DNA from: Isurus oxyrinchus
Taxonomy: Eukaryota
Length of the DNA stretch: 64,000 bases
Assembly (NCBI GenBank): GCA_026770705.1
Contig: JANJGN010000121.1
Span: forward strand, 186,001-250,000
Reading direction: 5' to 3'
A program made the position numbers and the translations under genes. How positions within the stretch are numbered: the first letter of the stretch is position 1; each line of letters opens with the position of its first letter. The notes below the pieces were generated by a model, which saw only the letters and a program-made list of their open reading frames with translations, searched no databases and was not told the origin of the DNA. This document shows positions 39,391-50,649 of the stretch, piece after piece.

Positions 39391-41249
39391 GGATGTGACA
39401 TCTGGAATGCGAAGCTAGTCTCAGTAATGGTGACCATGAAACTAAGGCCAATTGTTGCAAAAACCCATCTGGGTCACTAATGCCCTTTGGGGAAGGAAAC
39501 CTGCCGTCCTTACCCATTCTGGCCTACGTGTGACTCCTGACCCACAGCAATGTGGTTGACTCTTAACTGGCCCCTGAAATGGCCGAGCAAGCTACTGAGT
39601 TATATCAAAACCCGCCACAGACCAGTCAAACCAGGTGAACTGCAGCACTTCGAAAAGGCAGCTCAGCACCCCCTTCTCCAGGGCTCAGTCAGGAACAGGT
39701 AACAAACGCTGTCCACATCCCGTGAAAGAATTTTGGTAAAAAGGTAACGTGTATCACCACCCACGGCCAGCGCCAACCCCCCCACCCCTACCTGATTGCA
39801 CCAGTTTCAGATTACACCAGGTCAATGAACGGATAGAAACCCAAACCAATGAGATGAGCACAGAGAAGGATCAAGCCAGAGAGAGTTGGTGGGAAGAATT
39901 GGGAAAGCAACAAAAAAGGCAGAGCGGACACTAACACTATAACAAAGTAAAGACCAGAGGAGGAAGGAAGCAAGTGCGAAGAGGAATTGAGAGTAGAGCT
40001 GGTAGGCTGCTTGTCGAAGCCAAGGACCCTCCATAGGTCACACCCACAGTGCTTTTGGGGAGGGAGTTACATGATTTTGACCCAGGATCATCAAGTGTTG
40101 AACTGGCAGAGCCTTTAAAGTAAAGGGACCTTCACTACCCGTGTCCCCCGCCCAACAAAGCTGTTGACATGCCGAGTCCACCTGTACAGGCAACCTCCAG
40201 ACAGTTGACTACAAAGGCCATTGCAGCTGCTGAATATGACTTCCAGTTTCAAAACCTTCATGAATACAAGGATGGGGGATTCAGCAGGAATATTCCTGCA
40301 CATCCTGTGGCAGATCCTGTAAATAAAAGGGACCTTCACTCACTCCTCAAAGCTGTTGACCTGCTGATTCACATCTACAGGCAACCTCCAAACAGTCGAC
40401 TAGAGAAGACAATGCAGCTGCTGAATGTGACTCCTAGCATCAAACCCTTCACTCTGGAAAGAAGGAATCCAGAGCAATGGGCCTCACTATGATACTTGAC
40501 AGAAACTGATTTTAAATCTCATCTCTAAGTATTATTTTTCCTTTGCTTACATTTTAATCCCTGCACCTGATGGCTTTATCGCTTCAACATAAATAACTTG
40601 CGGCAGGAGCCAGGTTCAAATGGAATGGACAAGGAGGCTCGGGGGGCCAAAAGGCCTACTCCTGCTTCTGTTTATTTATGTTGGTGTTGTTATGTAGTGG
40701 AACTAGAGAGGTTATAGCAGTTATGAGAACATTAAGCAAACAGCAGCAAGAATTGAACACCTACGTTGTGGTTTATGAAAAGGTTTTCAACCTGGTCAAC
40801 TGGTAAAATCTGTTGAAAGTGGGCTATCATGGCGTGTGCCCTTCGTGTGATATTTGTAACAACGTTCTCGATGTCGGAACAGCTTGCATTGAACAAAGCT
40901 GATCTTTACCCAGAACTTCAGAGGAAGGGGGGACAATTGTTCCCTGGTGTGGGGGGCATGGTGGGGGGGTAGGGTGAGGGAGAGACAAGTAGCCTGAAAT
41001 ACCAAGCCAGACACTTTGTGAAGACAAAAGTTGTTTATTCATTTTTTTTTTTTACAAAGCACAATATTTGCAATTAAAGTCCCGACAAGATAATGGTGAA
41101 TCATGAACACATTGTCGGGGTGAATCTGTGCCCGGGAGCATAAAGCAGCAAAATCAGGAGCCCGCTTTACATCTCTCTGAATTTTAACTATCATTAACCC
41201 CAGTAACATCCATTCAAATGACTTAGTCATAAGATTCCTCACACATTCA

Positions 41250-41585
41250 CTTGCACACTCACACACCTACACCCACACAGACACACTGACACACTCACTC
41301 ATTCACATTGACACACACTGACACAGTCACACACACCCACACAGACACACTGACACACTCACTCATTCACACTGACACGCACTGACACAGTCACACACTC
41401 ACACACCCACACCCACACAGACACACTGACACACTCACTCATTCACATTGACACGCACTGACACAGTCACACACACCCACACAGACACACTGACACACTC
41501 ACTCATTCACATTGACACACACATATTGACAGTCACACACACACACACACACACACACGCTCATAAAGACAGACACAAACACAGT
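41250..41585. repeat. CA-rich compound tandem repeat
   Basis: cacacagacacactgacacactcactcattcaca repeats and (ca)n. Confidence 0.9.
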
Positions 41586-41890
41586 CACGTGAGGTGAATA
41601 GTGTCGATGTATTTAAGTGGGAAGCTGGATAAACACACGAGGGAGAAATGAATAGAAGGATATGGTGATGGGGTGAGATGGAGAAGGGGTGGGCGGAGAC
41701 TCGTGTGGAGCAGAAACTCCAGCATGGAACAGATGGGCCGAATGGCTTCTTTCCCTGCTGTAAAACGCAGGTAAAGTTTCAGTTGGAATTAATGAACAGG
41801 GCCTGTGTGAAATAGATTGCTAAGCAGTAGATAAGGAGGGGAGAGGCTGTGGCATGGTGCAGGATGACCTTGCGTGAATGAGGCCAGGGT

Positions 41891-42007
41891 CTAATATCTA
41901 CAGCAGAGACCACAAGTCTCATTTGGTTCTCTCCAATTACAGCAGTTACAGCAGAATATGCAGAGCTGCTGTCTGCCCATTCTCTTCTGGCGCTGCAGCA
42001 AGGAGCC
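41891..42007 (-). CDS. HAMP: Hepcidin exon 3: furin site and mature peptide
   Basis: Acceptor cttttccag, phase 0; GSLLQRQKR-MGRQQLCIFCCNCCNWREPNETCGLCCRY*; 8-Cys hepcidin pattern CxxCCxCC...CGxCC. Confidence 0.95.
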   Translation of the reverse strand, partial: GSLLQRQKRMGRQQLCIFCCNCCNWREPNETCGLCCRY

Positions 42008-42079
42008 CTGGAAAAGCAGGAGTACAATAGGTGAGAACATTCCGGAAAGAAAGAAGGCATCATTTCAATCAGGCGCGTC

Positions 42080-42772
42080 ATTGGAAGGAGGATGGCGCAT
42101 TTCTATAGCGCCTTTCCCCTCCTCAGGATGGCCCAAAGTGTTCCACAGCTGAAGGAAGGACTTTTTCTGAAGTGAGCTCACCGCTGTAATGTAGGAAACG
42201 CAGCAGGCAATTCACGCACAGCAAGATCCCACAAACAGAAATGTGATAATGGCCCCGATTTTCAGTTTTTTACCAATGTCAGTTGAGGGATAAATGTTTG
42301 CCCCAGGAAAGCGGACATAACTCCACCCCATCCACCCCCCACCACCCCCTCCACACATACCCCCAACTCCTGACGCACTTCATCTAAATTGTGGCCATGG
42401 AATCCTCTACATCCATCTGAGAGGGCAGATGTTGTCTCAGTTTAACATCTCATCTGAAAGACAGCGCCTTCAACAGTGCAGCACCCCCTCAGTACTGACC
42501 CTCCGACAGTGCAGCACTCCCTCAGTACTGACCGTCTGACAATGCAGCACCCCCTCAGTACTGACCCTCCAACAGTGCAGCACTCCCTCAGTACTGGCCG
42601 TCTGACAATGCAGCACCCCCTCAGTACTGACCCTCCGACTGTGCAGTCCCCCGCCGGTACTGACCCTCTGACAGTGCAGCACTCCAAGACTGACCGTCTG
42701 ACAATGCAGCACCCCCTCAGTACTGACCCTCCGACTGTGCTGCCCCCCCGCCGGTACTGACCCTCCGACAGC
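42080..42772. mobile_element. Deu-domain-type SINE running into a 33-bp array (HAMP intron 2)
   Basis: gcacagcaagatcccacaaacag...tttaacatctcatctgaaagacag, then the array from about 42470. Confidence 0.75.
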
Positions 42773-43179
42773 TCGGTAATTTCTCAATTATGCCTGGTGG
42801 TCCTTTTAACTCAGAGCTGAGAGTCGCAGAGAATCGAGCACACATCCTGAACTGACACATTGCAAAATGTCCCAGCCCACATTACCGGAGCGTAAATCAG
42901 AGAGAAGTCTAACACTGAGTCACATATGGAGATATTAGGGATAGGTGACCAAAAGCTTGGTCAAAGATGTCAGTTTTTAAGGAACGTCTTAAAGGAGAGA
43001 GAGAGAGAAAGAGAGAGAGGCAGAGAGGTTAAGGGAGGGTATTCCGGAGCTCAGGGCCCCAGGCAGCTGAAGGCACGGCCACCAATGGTGGAGCGATGGG
43101 AATCAGGGGGACCCGGGAGATGCAGTAATGTCAGAGATTTTGGAGGAACATCGGGACCGGAGGAGGTGTTCTCCTGCTC

Positions 43180-43605
43180 CATATCTCTCTCTCTCTTCCT
43201 GTCATCCACTCCTCCTCTCCCTGTCTCTCTCTCTCCTACTCTTCCGCTCAATTGCCCTCTCTCCCAATCTTTCTCTCCTCTCTCCCTTTTCCTGTCTCTC
43301 TCCCTCTCTCTCCCCTGTCTCATTCTCCCACTCTGTATCTCTCCCTCTCTCTCACACTATTTTTGTACCTTTCGCTCACTCTGTAACTCTCCCTTTCCTG
43401 TTAATTTCTCTCTCTTGGACAATCTCTCTTCCCTTTTCACTTTCCCTCACTCTGCATCTCTTCTTTAATTTCTCCCTCTGTCACTCTCTCCCACCTATGT
43501 TCTTTCCCTTTCACCCCTCCCCGTCCCACTCTGTGTCTCTCTCTTCCAATCCCTCCCTCCCCCATTCCATCCCTCTCTCCGACTCTCGACTCCCAGCCTC
43601 TCTTT
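43180..43605. repeat. CT-rich low-complexity tract
   Basis: Polypyrimidine composition. Confidence 0.85.
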
Positions 43606-43870
43606 AACCCACTCCCAGGCTGGATCAGTCTCCCTCTCACTATTCCCGGCGTGGGTTACATTTAAAATTCCTGTGGGGATATGTTCACTTCCTTGGAATT
43701 GCCTCTTCCCAGCTTTGCAAAAAAAGCGGGGGGGGGGGGCTCGATTTCAAACATGCCTCCTGAGTATAACCGAGACAGACTGCCACTGAAATCAGCTTGA
43801 AATCAGAAAACTTTCTGTGGAAGAAACGAGCAGGGAGAAACCTTAAAATAAGGAATGAATTTCCACCTAC

Positions 43871-43927
43871 CGTGTCCGGGGAATCCACAGATTTCTCAAT
43901 CGTCGAAGAACCTAAAGCAGTGTCAAC
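43871..43927 (-). CDS. HAMP: Hepcidin exon 2: propeptide VDTALGSSTIEKSVDSPDT
   Basis: ttctttttgcag/gtaggt, 57 nt, open only in phase 0, in frame with exon 3. Confidence 0.85.
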
Positions 43928-44024
43928 CTGCAAAAAGAAAGAATTTATCAGGGAGAAAGTGAGAGGAGGATTGAGGGAGAGGGAGAGAGAGAGAGAGAGG
44001 TACAGGAGAGAGAGGGGGAGGAGG

Positions 44025-44630
44025 ACAGACTTGCATTTCTCTAACGCCTTTCACCACATCCCAAAGCATTTCACAGCCACTGAAGGATGTTTTTGAAGTG
44101 CACTCACACTGTAGGAAATGTGGCAGCTGATTTGTGCACAGCAAGATCCCACAAATAGCAATGTGATCATGGCCTAGATCATCTGTTTTTGGTGATGTTT
44201 GGTGAGGGATAAATATTGGTCCCAGGACACCGGGGAGAACACCCCCTGCTCTTCCTCCAAATAGTGGCTGTGGGATCTTTCACACCCGCCCGAGAGGGCA
44301 GACGGGGGACTCGGTTTAATGTCTCATTCAACATTGTTGTGCTCCCTCAGTACTAACCCTTTGACACTGCAGCACTCCCTCAGTACTAACCCTTCGATAG
44401 TGCTGCACTCCCTCAGTACTGACCCTCCGACAGTGCAACACTTCCACAGTACTGACCCTGTAACAATGCAGCACTTCCTCAGTACTGACCTCCGACAGTA
44501 TAGCACTCACTCAGTACTGTCCCTCCAATAGTGCAATACTTCCACACTACTGACCCTCTGACAGTGCAGCACTCCCTCAGCACGGAGTGTTGACCGACGT
44601 TATGGGACTGAATTCCCTGGAGTGAGACTC
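44025..44630. mobile_element. Deu-domain-type SINE with internal 33-bp array (HAMP intron 1)
   Basis: Same family as 42080; array 44340-44580. Confidence 0.75.
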
Positions 44631-44654
44631 AGACCAGAGATTTAGGTAGGGTTG

Positions 44655-45580
44655 TTCCGGCTGGAGGAGGTTACAGAGATAGGGAGGGTTGTAGAGGCTG
44701 TAGGAGGTAACAGAGATAGGGAGGATTCTAGAGGCTGTAGGAGGTTACAGAGATAGGGAGGGTTGTAGGGGCTGTAGGAGGTTACAGAGATAGGGAGGTG
44801 AGTAGGGGCTGTAGGAGGTTAAAGAGATGGGGGGGTTGTGGGGGCTGTAGGAGGTTACAGAGGTAGGGAGGGTTGTAGAGGCTGGAGGAGGTTACCAAAA
44901 TAGATACTGTTGTAGGGGCCACAGTAGGTTACAGAGAAAGGGAGAGTTATAGTGTGGAGAGGACGTTATAGAGTTCATGAGCATTGTAGGGGCTGGAGGA
45001 GGTTACAGTGATTCTGAGGGTCGTGGGGCCTGGAGGAGGTTACAGTGATTCTGAGGGTCGTGGGGCCTGGAGGAGGTTACAGAGATAGGGAGGGTTGTAG
45101 GGTCTAGAGGAGGTTACAGTGATCATGAGTGTTGTGGGGCCTGGGGGAGGTTACAGAGATAGGTAGGGTTGTAGGGGCTGGAGGAGGTTACAGAGATAGG
45201 GAGGTTTATAGGGGCTGGAGGAGGTTACAGAGATAGGGAGGGTTGTAGGGGCTGGAGGAGGTTACGGAGATAGGGAGTGTTGTAGGGGCTGGAGGAGGTA
45301 ACAGATATAGGGACAGTTGTAGGGGCTGGAGGAAGTTACAGAGATAGGGAGGGTTGTAGGGGCTGGAGGAGGTTACAGATATAGGGAGGGTTGTAGCGGC
45401 TGGAGAAGGTTACAGAGATAGGGAGGGGTGTAGGAGCTGGAGGAGGTTACAGAGATAGGGAGGGTTGTAAGGCCTGGTGGAGGTTACAGAGATAGGGAGG
45501 GTTGTAGGGGCTGGAGGAGTTTACAGAGATAGGGAGGGTTGTACGGGCTGGAGGAGGTTACAGAGATAGGGAGTGGCTGA
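44655..45580 (+). repeat. 37-bp G-rich minisatellite in HAMP intron 1
   Basis: Tandem ggggctggaggaggttacagagatagggagggttgta. Confidence 0.95.
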
Positions 45581-45775
45581 GGAGGGATTGAAAACAAGAA
45601 TGAGAATTTCAGGGGAAATGACAGAAGGAAATGATGTTAAATTCATAGAGGGCGACAATATTAAAGGCACGAACATAATAATATCAAACTGCGGAAGTGA
45701 CCAGTCTATCTGGGTGGTGGACGTAGAGTCATGTGCAAGAAACACCTCACCCAGAGGGACATCTCTTAGCTTAAC

Positions 45776-45867
45776 CTCGACAAGGAGAAGAAGTGACTCA
45801 GCTGCAGGGAGAGCAGCAAAGTCAGAGTGAACAAGACAAGTCGCCATTTCATCTGGGAGCTTCCCAT
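45776..45867 (-). CDS. HAMP: Hepcidin exon 1 coding part: signal peptide MGSSQMKWRLVLFTLTLLLSLQLSH...
   Basis: Hydrophobic leader about 70 bp downstream of a TATA box; donor AG|gttaag gives 92 nt, one short of phase 0. Confidence 0.75.
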
Positions 45868-45937
45868 CTCTGCCTGTCTCTTCTGATCTTCTGGCTCTGC
45901 TTTGATGCTTTGGTTTGTAACTAGAGGAGCTTCCTGC

Positions 45938-45944
45938 TCTTATA
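45938..45944 (-). promoter_or_regulatory. HAMP TATA box (TATAAGA)
   Basis: About 70 bp upstream of the ATG. Confidence 0.65.
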
Positions 45945-46076
45945 CCTGAAACACTTGAAGGGGACAGCCGGGGGTGGGTTGCTGTGTGGTATCACACCCA
46001 TTTCTGGATATTGCAGTGTCGATGTTCCCTGTCCCACTGGCCTGGGACCAGCAGTAAGGTCACTGGGACATTGACT

Positions 46077-46088
46077 GTCTGGCGCCGA
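46077..46088 (-). promoter_or_regulatory. BMP/SMAD response element in the HAMP promoter
   Basis: TCGGCGCCAGAC: GGCGCC core (46081-46086) plus abutting AGAC Smad-binding element. Confidence 0.65.
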
Positions 46089-46317
46089 GAACTATCAGTC
46101 CCTCCGCAACGCCCTTCACCTTGTGCAAATATGTGTTCATATTGACGCAACACAACATAGCAAAAACATAGGGGCTGGTTCTTATGTCGGCAAATCAGGT
46201 GAACCGCACGCCCCCTAACCCCTTACTCCTCTCATTGCTACACTTACTATTTTACAAATTGTGTGCGTTGCTTTTATTTTGGACAAGGGGCCTCGAGGGG
46301 GAACTGATTTACATTTT

Positions 46318-46612
46318 GTAACCTCCTCCAGCCCCTACAACACTCCTTATCTCTGTAACCTCCTCCAGCCCCTGTAACCCTCCCTATCTCTGTAACCTCC
46401 TCCAGCCCCTACAACACTCCTTATCTCTGTAACCTCCTCCAGCCCCTACAACCCTCCCTATCTCTGTAACCTCCTCCAGCCCCTGTAACCCTCCCTATCT
46501 CTGTAACCTCCTCCAGCCCCTACAACACTCCTTATCTCTGTAACCTCCTCCAGCCCCTACAACCCTCCCTATCTCTGTAACCTCCTCCAGCCCCTGTAAC
46601 CCTCCCCATCTC
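46318..46612 (-). repeat. 37-bp minisatellite, inverted relative to 44655-45580
   Basis: Tandem tgtaacctcctccagcccctacaaccctccctatctc. Confidence 0.95.
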
Positions 46613-46997
46613 TTGAAGGGTTCTCAAAATTTCCAACTGTCAAGGAACCCTGGGTTGGTGAGCGTGACCCCTGACCTCTCCTAGTGCAATTTAGTTAGGG
46701 ATGGGGGGTGGGACAAGGGTAAGGGCATTAGTAGCGTGATTCTCCCTCGTTATGCCGTGTGTTCCCCATTCTTAACTCAGTGTACTTTGTAAGTCTGTAT
46801 AATCTCAGTGTCATCCTAATGTTAGAAGTTCATTTGTGACTTCAGTAAACTCAGTTTTTGTCTTGCACCAAAACCAGTTGTCTGCTGCACTTTGTGACAA
46901 GCCCCGAATAAGTCCAAGGTCTAGAACCCAGGGAGTGGGAGCGATTCAGACGGCTCAGAAGTCGCAGGTGAAGCTGACACACACCACCACACCCTAC

Positions 46998-47365
46998 AAG
47001 GGGCTGAATGGCCTCCTCCTGTTCCTGTGTAACGGGCATCAGTGGCTGAATGTCCTCCTCCTGTTCCTGTATAACGGACATAAGTGGCAGAATGGCCTCC
47101 TCTTGTTCCTGTGTAACGGACATAAGTGGCAGAATGGCCTCCTCCTGTTTCTGTGTAACAGTCTTGAGGGGGCTGAATGGCCTCCTCCTGTTCCTGTGTA
47201 ACAGTCTCGAGGAGGCTGAATGGCCTCTTCCTGTATCTGTGTAACAGGCTCAATGGGCTGAATGGCCTCCTCCTGTTCCTGTGTAACAGTCTCGAGGGGG
47301 CTGAATGGGCCTCTTCCTGTTCCTGTGTAACAGGCTCGACGGGCTGAATGGCCTCCTTCTGCTCT
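46998..47365 (+). repeat. About 42-bp LINE-tail-like minisatellite
   Basis: gggctgaatggcctcctcctgttcctgtgtaac units. Confidence 0.9.
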
Positions 47366-47374
47366 GTAAAATTG

Positions 47375-47600
47375 TTGTGATACTGTAACTGCCTCTTTGG
47401 TTTCATTCAGCTGAATCTTCAGCTCTTCAGTCTCTTCCTTGTATCTCTTGCCTTCCTCCTGGAACATTGGACATGGTTGGGTCTTCCCTGCCAACTGTTT
47501 CTTCAGTTTGCTCAGAGCGGCACAGAATTCGCTTTCTTTCTCTTCAGGATTTTCCAGTGGAACCAACTCTGACCTGAGGGACACTTGCAGCCTGTGAGGA
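47375..47600 (-). pseudogene. Coiled-coil coding fragment, possibly UACA/RAI14/ANKRD24-like
   Basis: LQVSLRSELVPLENPEEKESEFCAALSKLKKQLAGKTQPCPMFQEEGKRYKEETEELKIQLNE; family resemblance from memory, no splice sites seen. Confidence 0.4.
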
Positions 47601-48733
47601 TGCTTCAATTCTTCAAACTCATTCCGAGATACACTCTCATATTCCCCCAGCAACTCAGCAACTCCTCCAGTGAAACATTTCAGAGCAGCTGAGCTTGGTT
47701 TTCTGGAACCAGTCTCGGCCCAGAAGACTAGGGCCCTCACCTGTCGCTATGATCACTGGAAGCTGGGCTGTCTGCTGCCTGTAGGACACAGGTACTGGGA
47801 TGAGGTCCTTTCCCTGTATGGATTCTCCAGTGTGTGTCTTCAGCTGATCCATTGTTTGCTCTAAATTCAGCGTCTGGGTTCCTTCATTTAGCTGTTTAAA
47901 TGTGGGCTCTTCCACCACTGTGTCTGAGGCTCCCGTATCTGCCCCATTACTAGTGGCTGCCCATTCACTTGGGTTGTGATGGTTATAGGTTCAGTTTTTA
48001 CCACTGTGACATTGGACAGGGAATAGACATCGGTATCAGCAGCTTCAGGCTCTGTGATATTATTCACTTCCATCATGTTGGTGCACTGCCTGATGGGCTG
48101 TCTCGATTTCACCCTGCATTGCTTTATTACCCGCCCCTTTCTTGTGGCAGTGATGGCATTCTGCCCCCTCGAACCTGCAGGTGTCCGGTACGTGCTCACT
48201 CCCCCCACATCGAGAACAGGCCAACTTCGGAGTTGCTGCTGAAATACTCCCACAAAGCCTTGTAGTTTCTGGAGCGGCAGAGACTGTCTCTCGCTTGGCG
48301 GCTGTCTCTCTCTCTCTCTCTCTCTCTCTCCAGTTTGAGCCTCACGCCCGGTGGTTGGTTCCTGTCCCAGCTGAGGACTGGCGCCATGTTGTACATCCTG
48401 TAAATCCCGCCAGTCTCTTCCAGCACTTTCCATGCCTGGCGCTATTTCCATGGCGCGCTTCAAATCGATGTCGGCTTCTGCGAGTAAACGGCTCTGAATG
48501 GCGTTGGGGTGAACGACACAAACCAATCGGCCCCGCAACATGTCATTGAGTGTGTCTCCGAGGTCCCAGTGCTCAGTCACCTGCTTCCACTTCACTGTAT
48601 AGGTTGCGATGGACTCTCCCGGGGCCCTTACTCTGGAGTTAAACTTAAACCTTTTCATTATTACCCACGGCTTCAGCTGAAAACACATCTTCATGAGGTC
48701 GACTAATTGGTGAAAAGATTTAGAATTGGGTGC
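47600..48733 (-). mobile_element. Ty3/Gypsy gag-protease remnant
   Basis: KRFKFNSRVRAPGES...MLRGRLVC, GPSLLGRDW; same family as 23486-24715. Confidence 0.85.
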
Positions 48734-49021
48734 AATACACGTCACTGTCTTCAGCTCTGAGACTGTCAGTCCTCACCGAACAATTCTTCCCTTCCAAGTC
48801 GCCGATTATTTTAGCACGTCCCACGAATGTGGCCATCCCATAATTGGGATCTTTGGTGTATGTGATGGTATATTTCCATCTATACCAATATATATACCAA
48901 GCTCCGTGCAGTGCTGTGTAAGAGTGGGAAGGAAAGTCAAAGCTACACGGAATAACCACACAAGAGCTGCTGATGGCCCTCCGAGGCAGCGCCTTCATAG
49001 ACCATCCCTCTGACGTCACTC
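48733..49021 (-). pseudogene. Siglec-like gene C V-set exon, truncated
   Basis: Acceptor ctttcag, phase 1; GVTSEGWSM...SCVVIPCSFDFP...GRAKIIGDLEGKNCSVRTDSLRAEDSDVY, then Gypsy sequence and TAA at 48720. Confidence 0.85.
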
Positions 49022-49089
49022 CTGAAAGGCAACAAGGGAGGGGACTGAACATCAAAAAGCAGAATATTACTTCAATGGAGAGAGTCTAC

Positions 49090-49530
49090 AGAATGCGGTA
49101 CAGAGGGATCTGGGTGTCCATGTACATGAATCACAGAAAGTCAGCATTCAGGAACAGCACGGAATGAGGAAGGCAAGTGGAATGTTGGCCTTTATTGCAA
49201 AGGGATGGAGTATAAAAGGAGGGAAGTCTTGCTACAACTGTACAGGGCGTTGGTGAGATTGTATCAGGAGCAGTGTGTACAGTTCTGGTCTCCTTACTTA
49301 GGGAGGGATAGACTCTGCATTGGAGGCAGCTCAGAGGAGGTTCACTGGGCTGATTCCTGGGATGAAGGGGGTTTGTCTTATGAGGAAATGTTGAGCAGGT
49401 TGGGCCCTGTATCCATTGGAGTTTAGAAGAATGAGAGGTGATCTTATTGAAACATATAAGATTCTGAGGTGGTGGGGGGTTTGACAGGGTGGATGCTGAG
49501 GGGATGTTACCCCTTGTGGGGGAATCCTGT
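49090..49530 (+). mobile_element. CR1 LINE fragment
   Basis: MEYKRREVLLQLYRALVR...CVQFWSPY. Confidence 0.85.
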
Positions 49531-49841
49531 GAAGCAATAAGGATGTTTTACTGCATTAAAGGTGCTATATAAATGCACTGTCATTCCTATTGAAACAAGC
49601 TCTCTGATGCACAAACAGAAAATGCTAGAAAAACTCAGCAGGTCTGACAGCATCTGTGGAGAGAGAAACAGAGTTGGTGTTTCGAGTCCGTATGAGGCTT
49701 TTGCTTTTGCTATATTCTCTGACTCGCTATTCACTCACTCTCTGTGTGATCACTAACCCTGTTCTCTAAAATTAAATGTTCACTTCCTCACTCCAGGAAA
49801 GAATCCAATTCCCTGAGTTCCAATCAGTAATGAATTTGTAC

Positions 49842-49887
49842 CTTGCAGCAAGCTGATGAAGATCAATATCAGACCGACCTCTCCCAT
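49842..49887 (-). CDS. Gene C signal-peptide exon MGEVGLILIFISLLQ
   Basis: Acceptor ccatttag at 49902, donor G|gtac phase 1; same SLLQ ending as genes A and B. Confidence 0.8.
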
Positions 49888-50159
49888 CTTCAGTTCCTCA
49901 TCTAAATGGAAAATGATAAAGACAGAGACTTTTTCATAAATTGTCCCCAGCGTTTCTTCCTCAAACAACAACAACTTGTGTTTAAATGGCACCTTTCAGG
50001 GAATTAAACAGCCCCAGGGAATTATCTAATGTCAAGACAAGGAAGGAGAGATTGAGAAGGGACATCGCAAACCGATTCACCAAACACGGCAAAAATTCAT
50101 TGTTCCCTCACTCCCTGTGCTGGGTGTCCAGCTTTTTCTCTCAGTGAGTTTAGCCCTCA

Positions 50160-50618
50160 CACTCTCTATCTATCGCACTCTTCTGCTCTATCTCTCTCTC
50201 TCACACACACACACATTTTCTCTCTAACACTCACAATCTGTCTCTATCACATTCTTCTGCTCTATCTCTCTCTCTCACACACACACATTCTCTCTCTAAC
50301 ACTCACAATCTCTCTCTATCACACTCTTCTGCTCTATCTCTCTCTCTCTCACACACACATTCTCTCTCTAACACTCACAATCTGTCTCTATCACACTCTT
50401 CTGCTCTCTCTCTCTCTCTCACACACACACATTCTCTCACTAACACTCACAATCTCTCTCTATCACACTCCTCTGCTCTATCTCTCTCTCACACACACAC
50501 ATTCTCTCTCTAACATTCACAATCTCTCTCTATCACACTCTTCTGCTCTATCTCTCTCTCTCTCTCACACACATTCTCTCTCTAACACTCACAATCTCTC
50601 TCTATCGCACTCTTCTGC

Positions 50619-50649
<31 letters not shown>

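Noticed and set aside
40120-40455. Two-copy diverged repeat about 205 bp apart with a 107-aa ORF
   Set aside because: No splice signals or recognisable domain; probably a neutral local duplication
41779-42081. 100-aa minus ORF over hepcidin exon 3
   Set aside because: Wrong frame; the hepcidin frame is the short one starting at the 42007 acceptor
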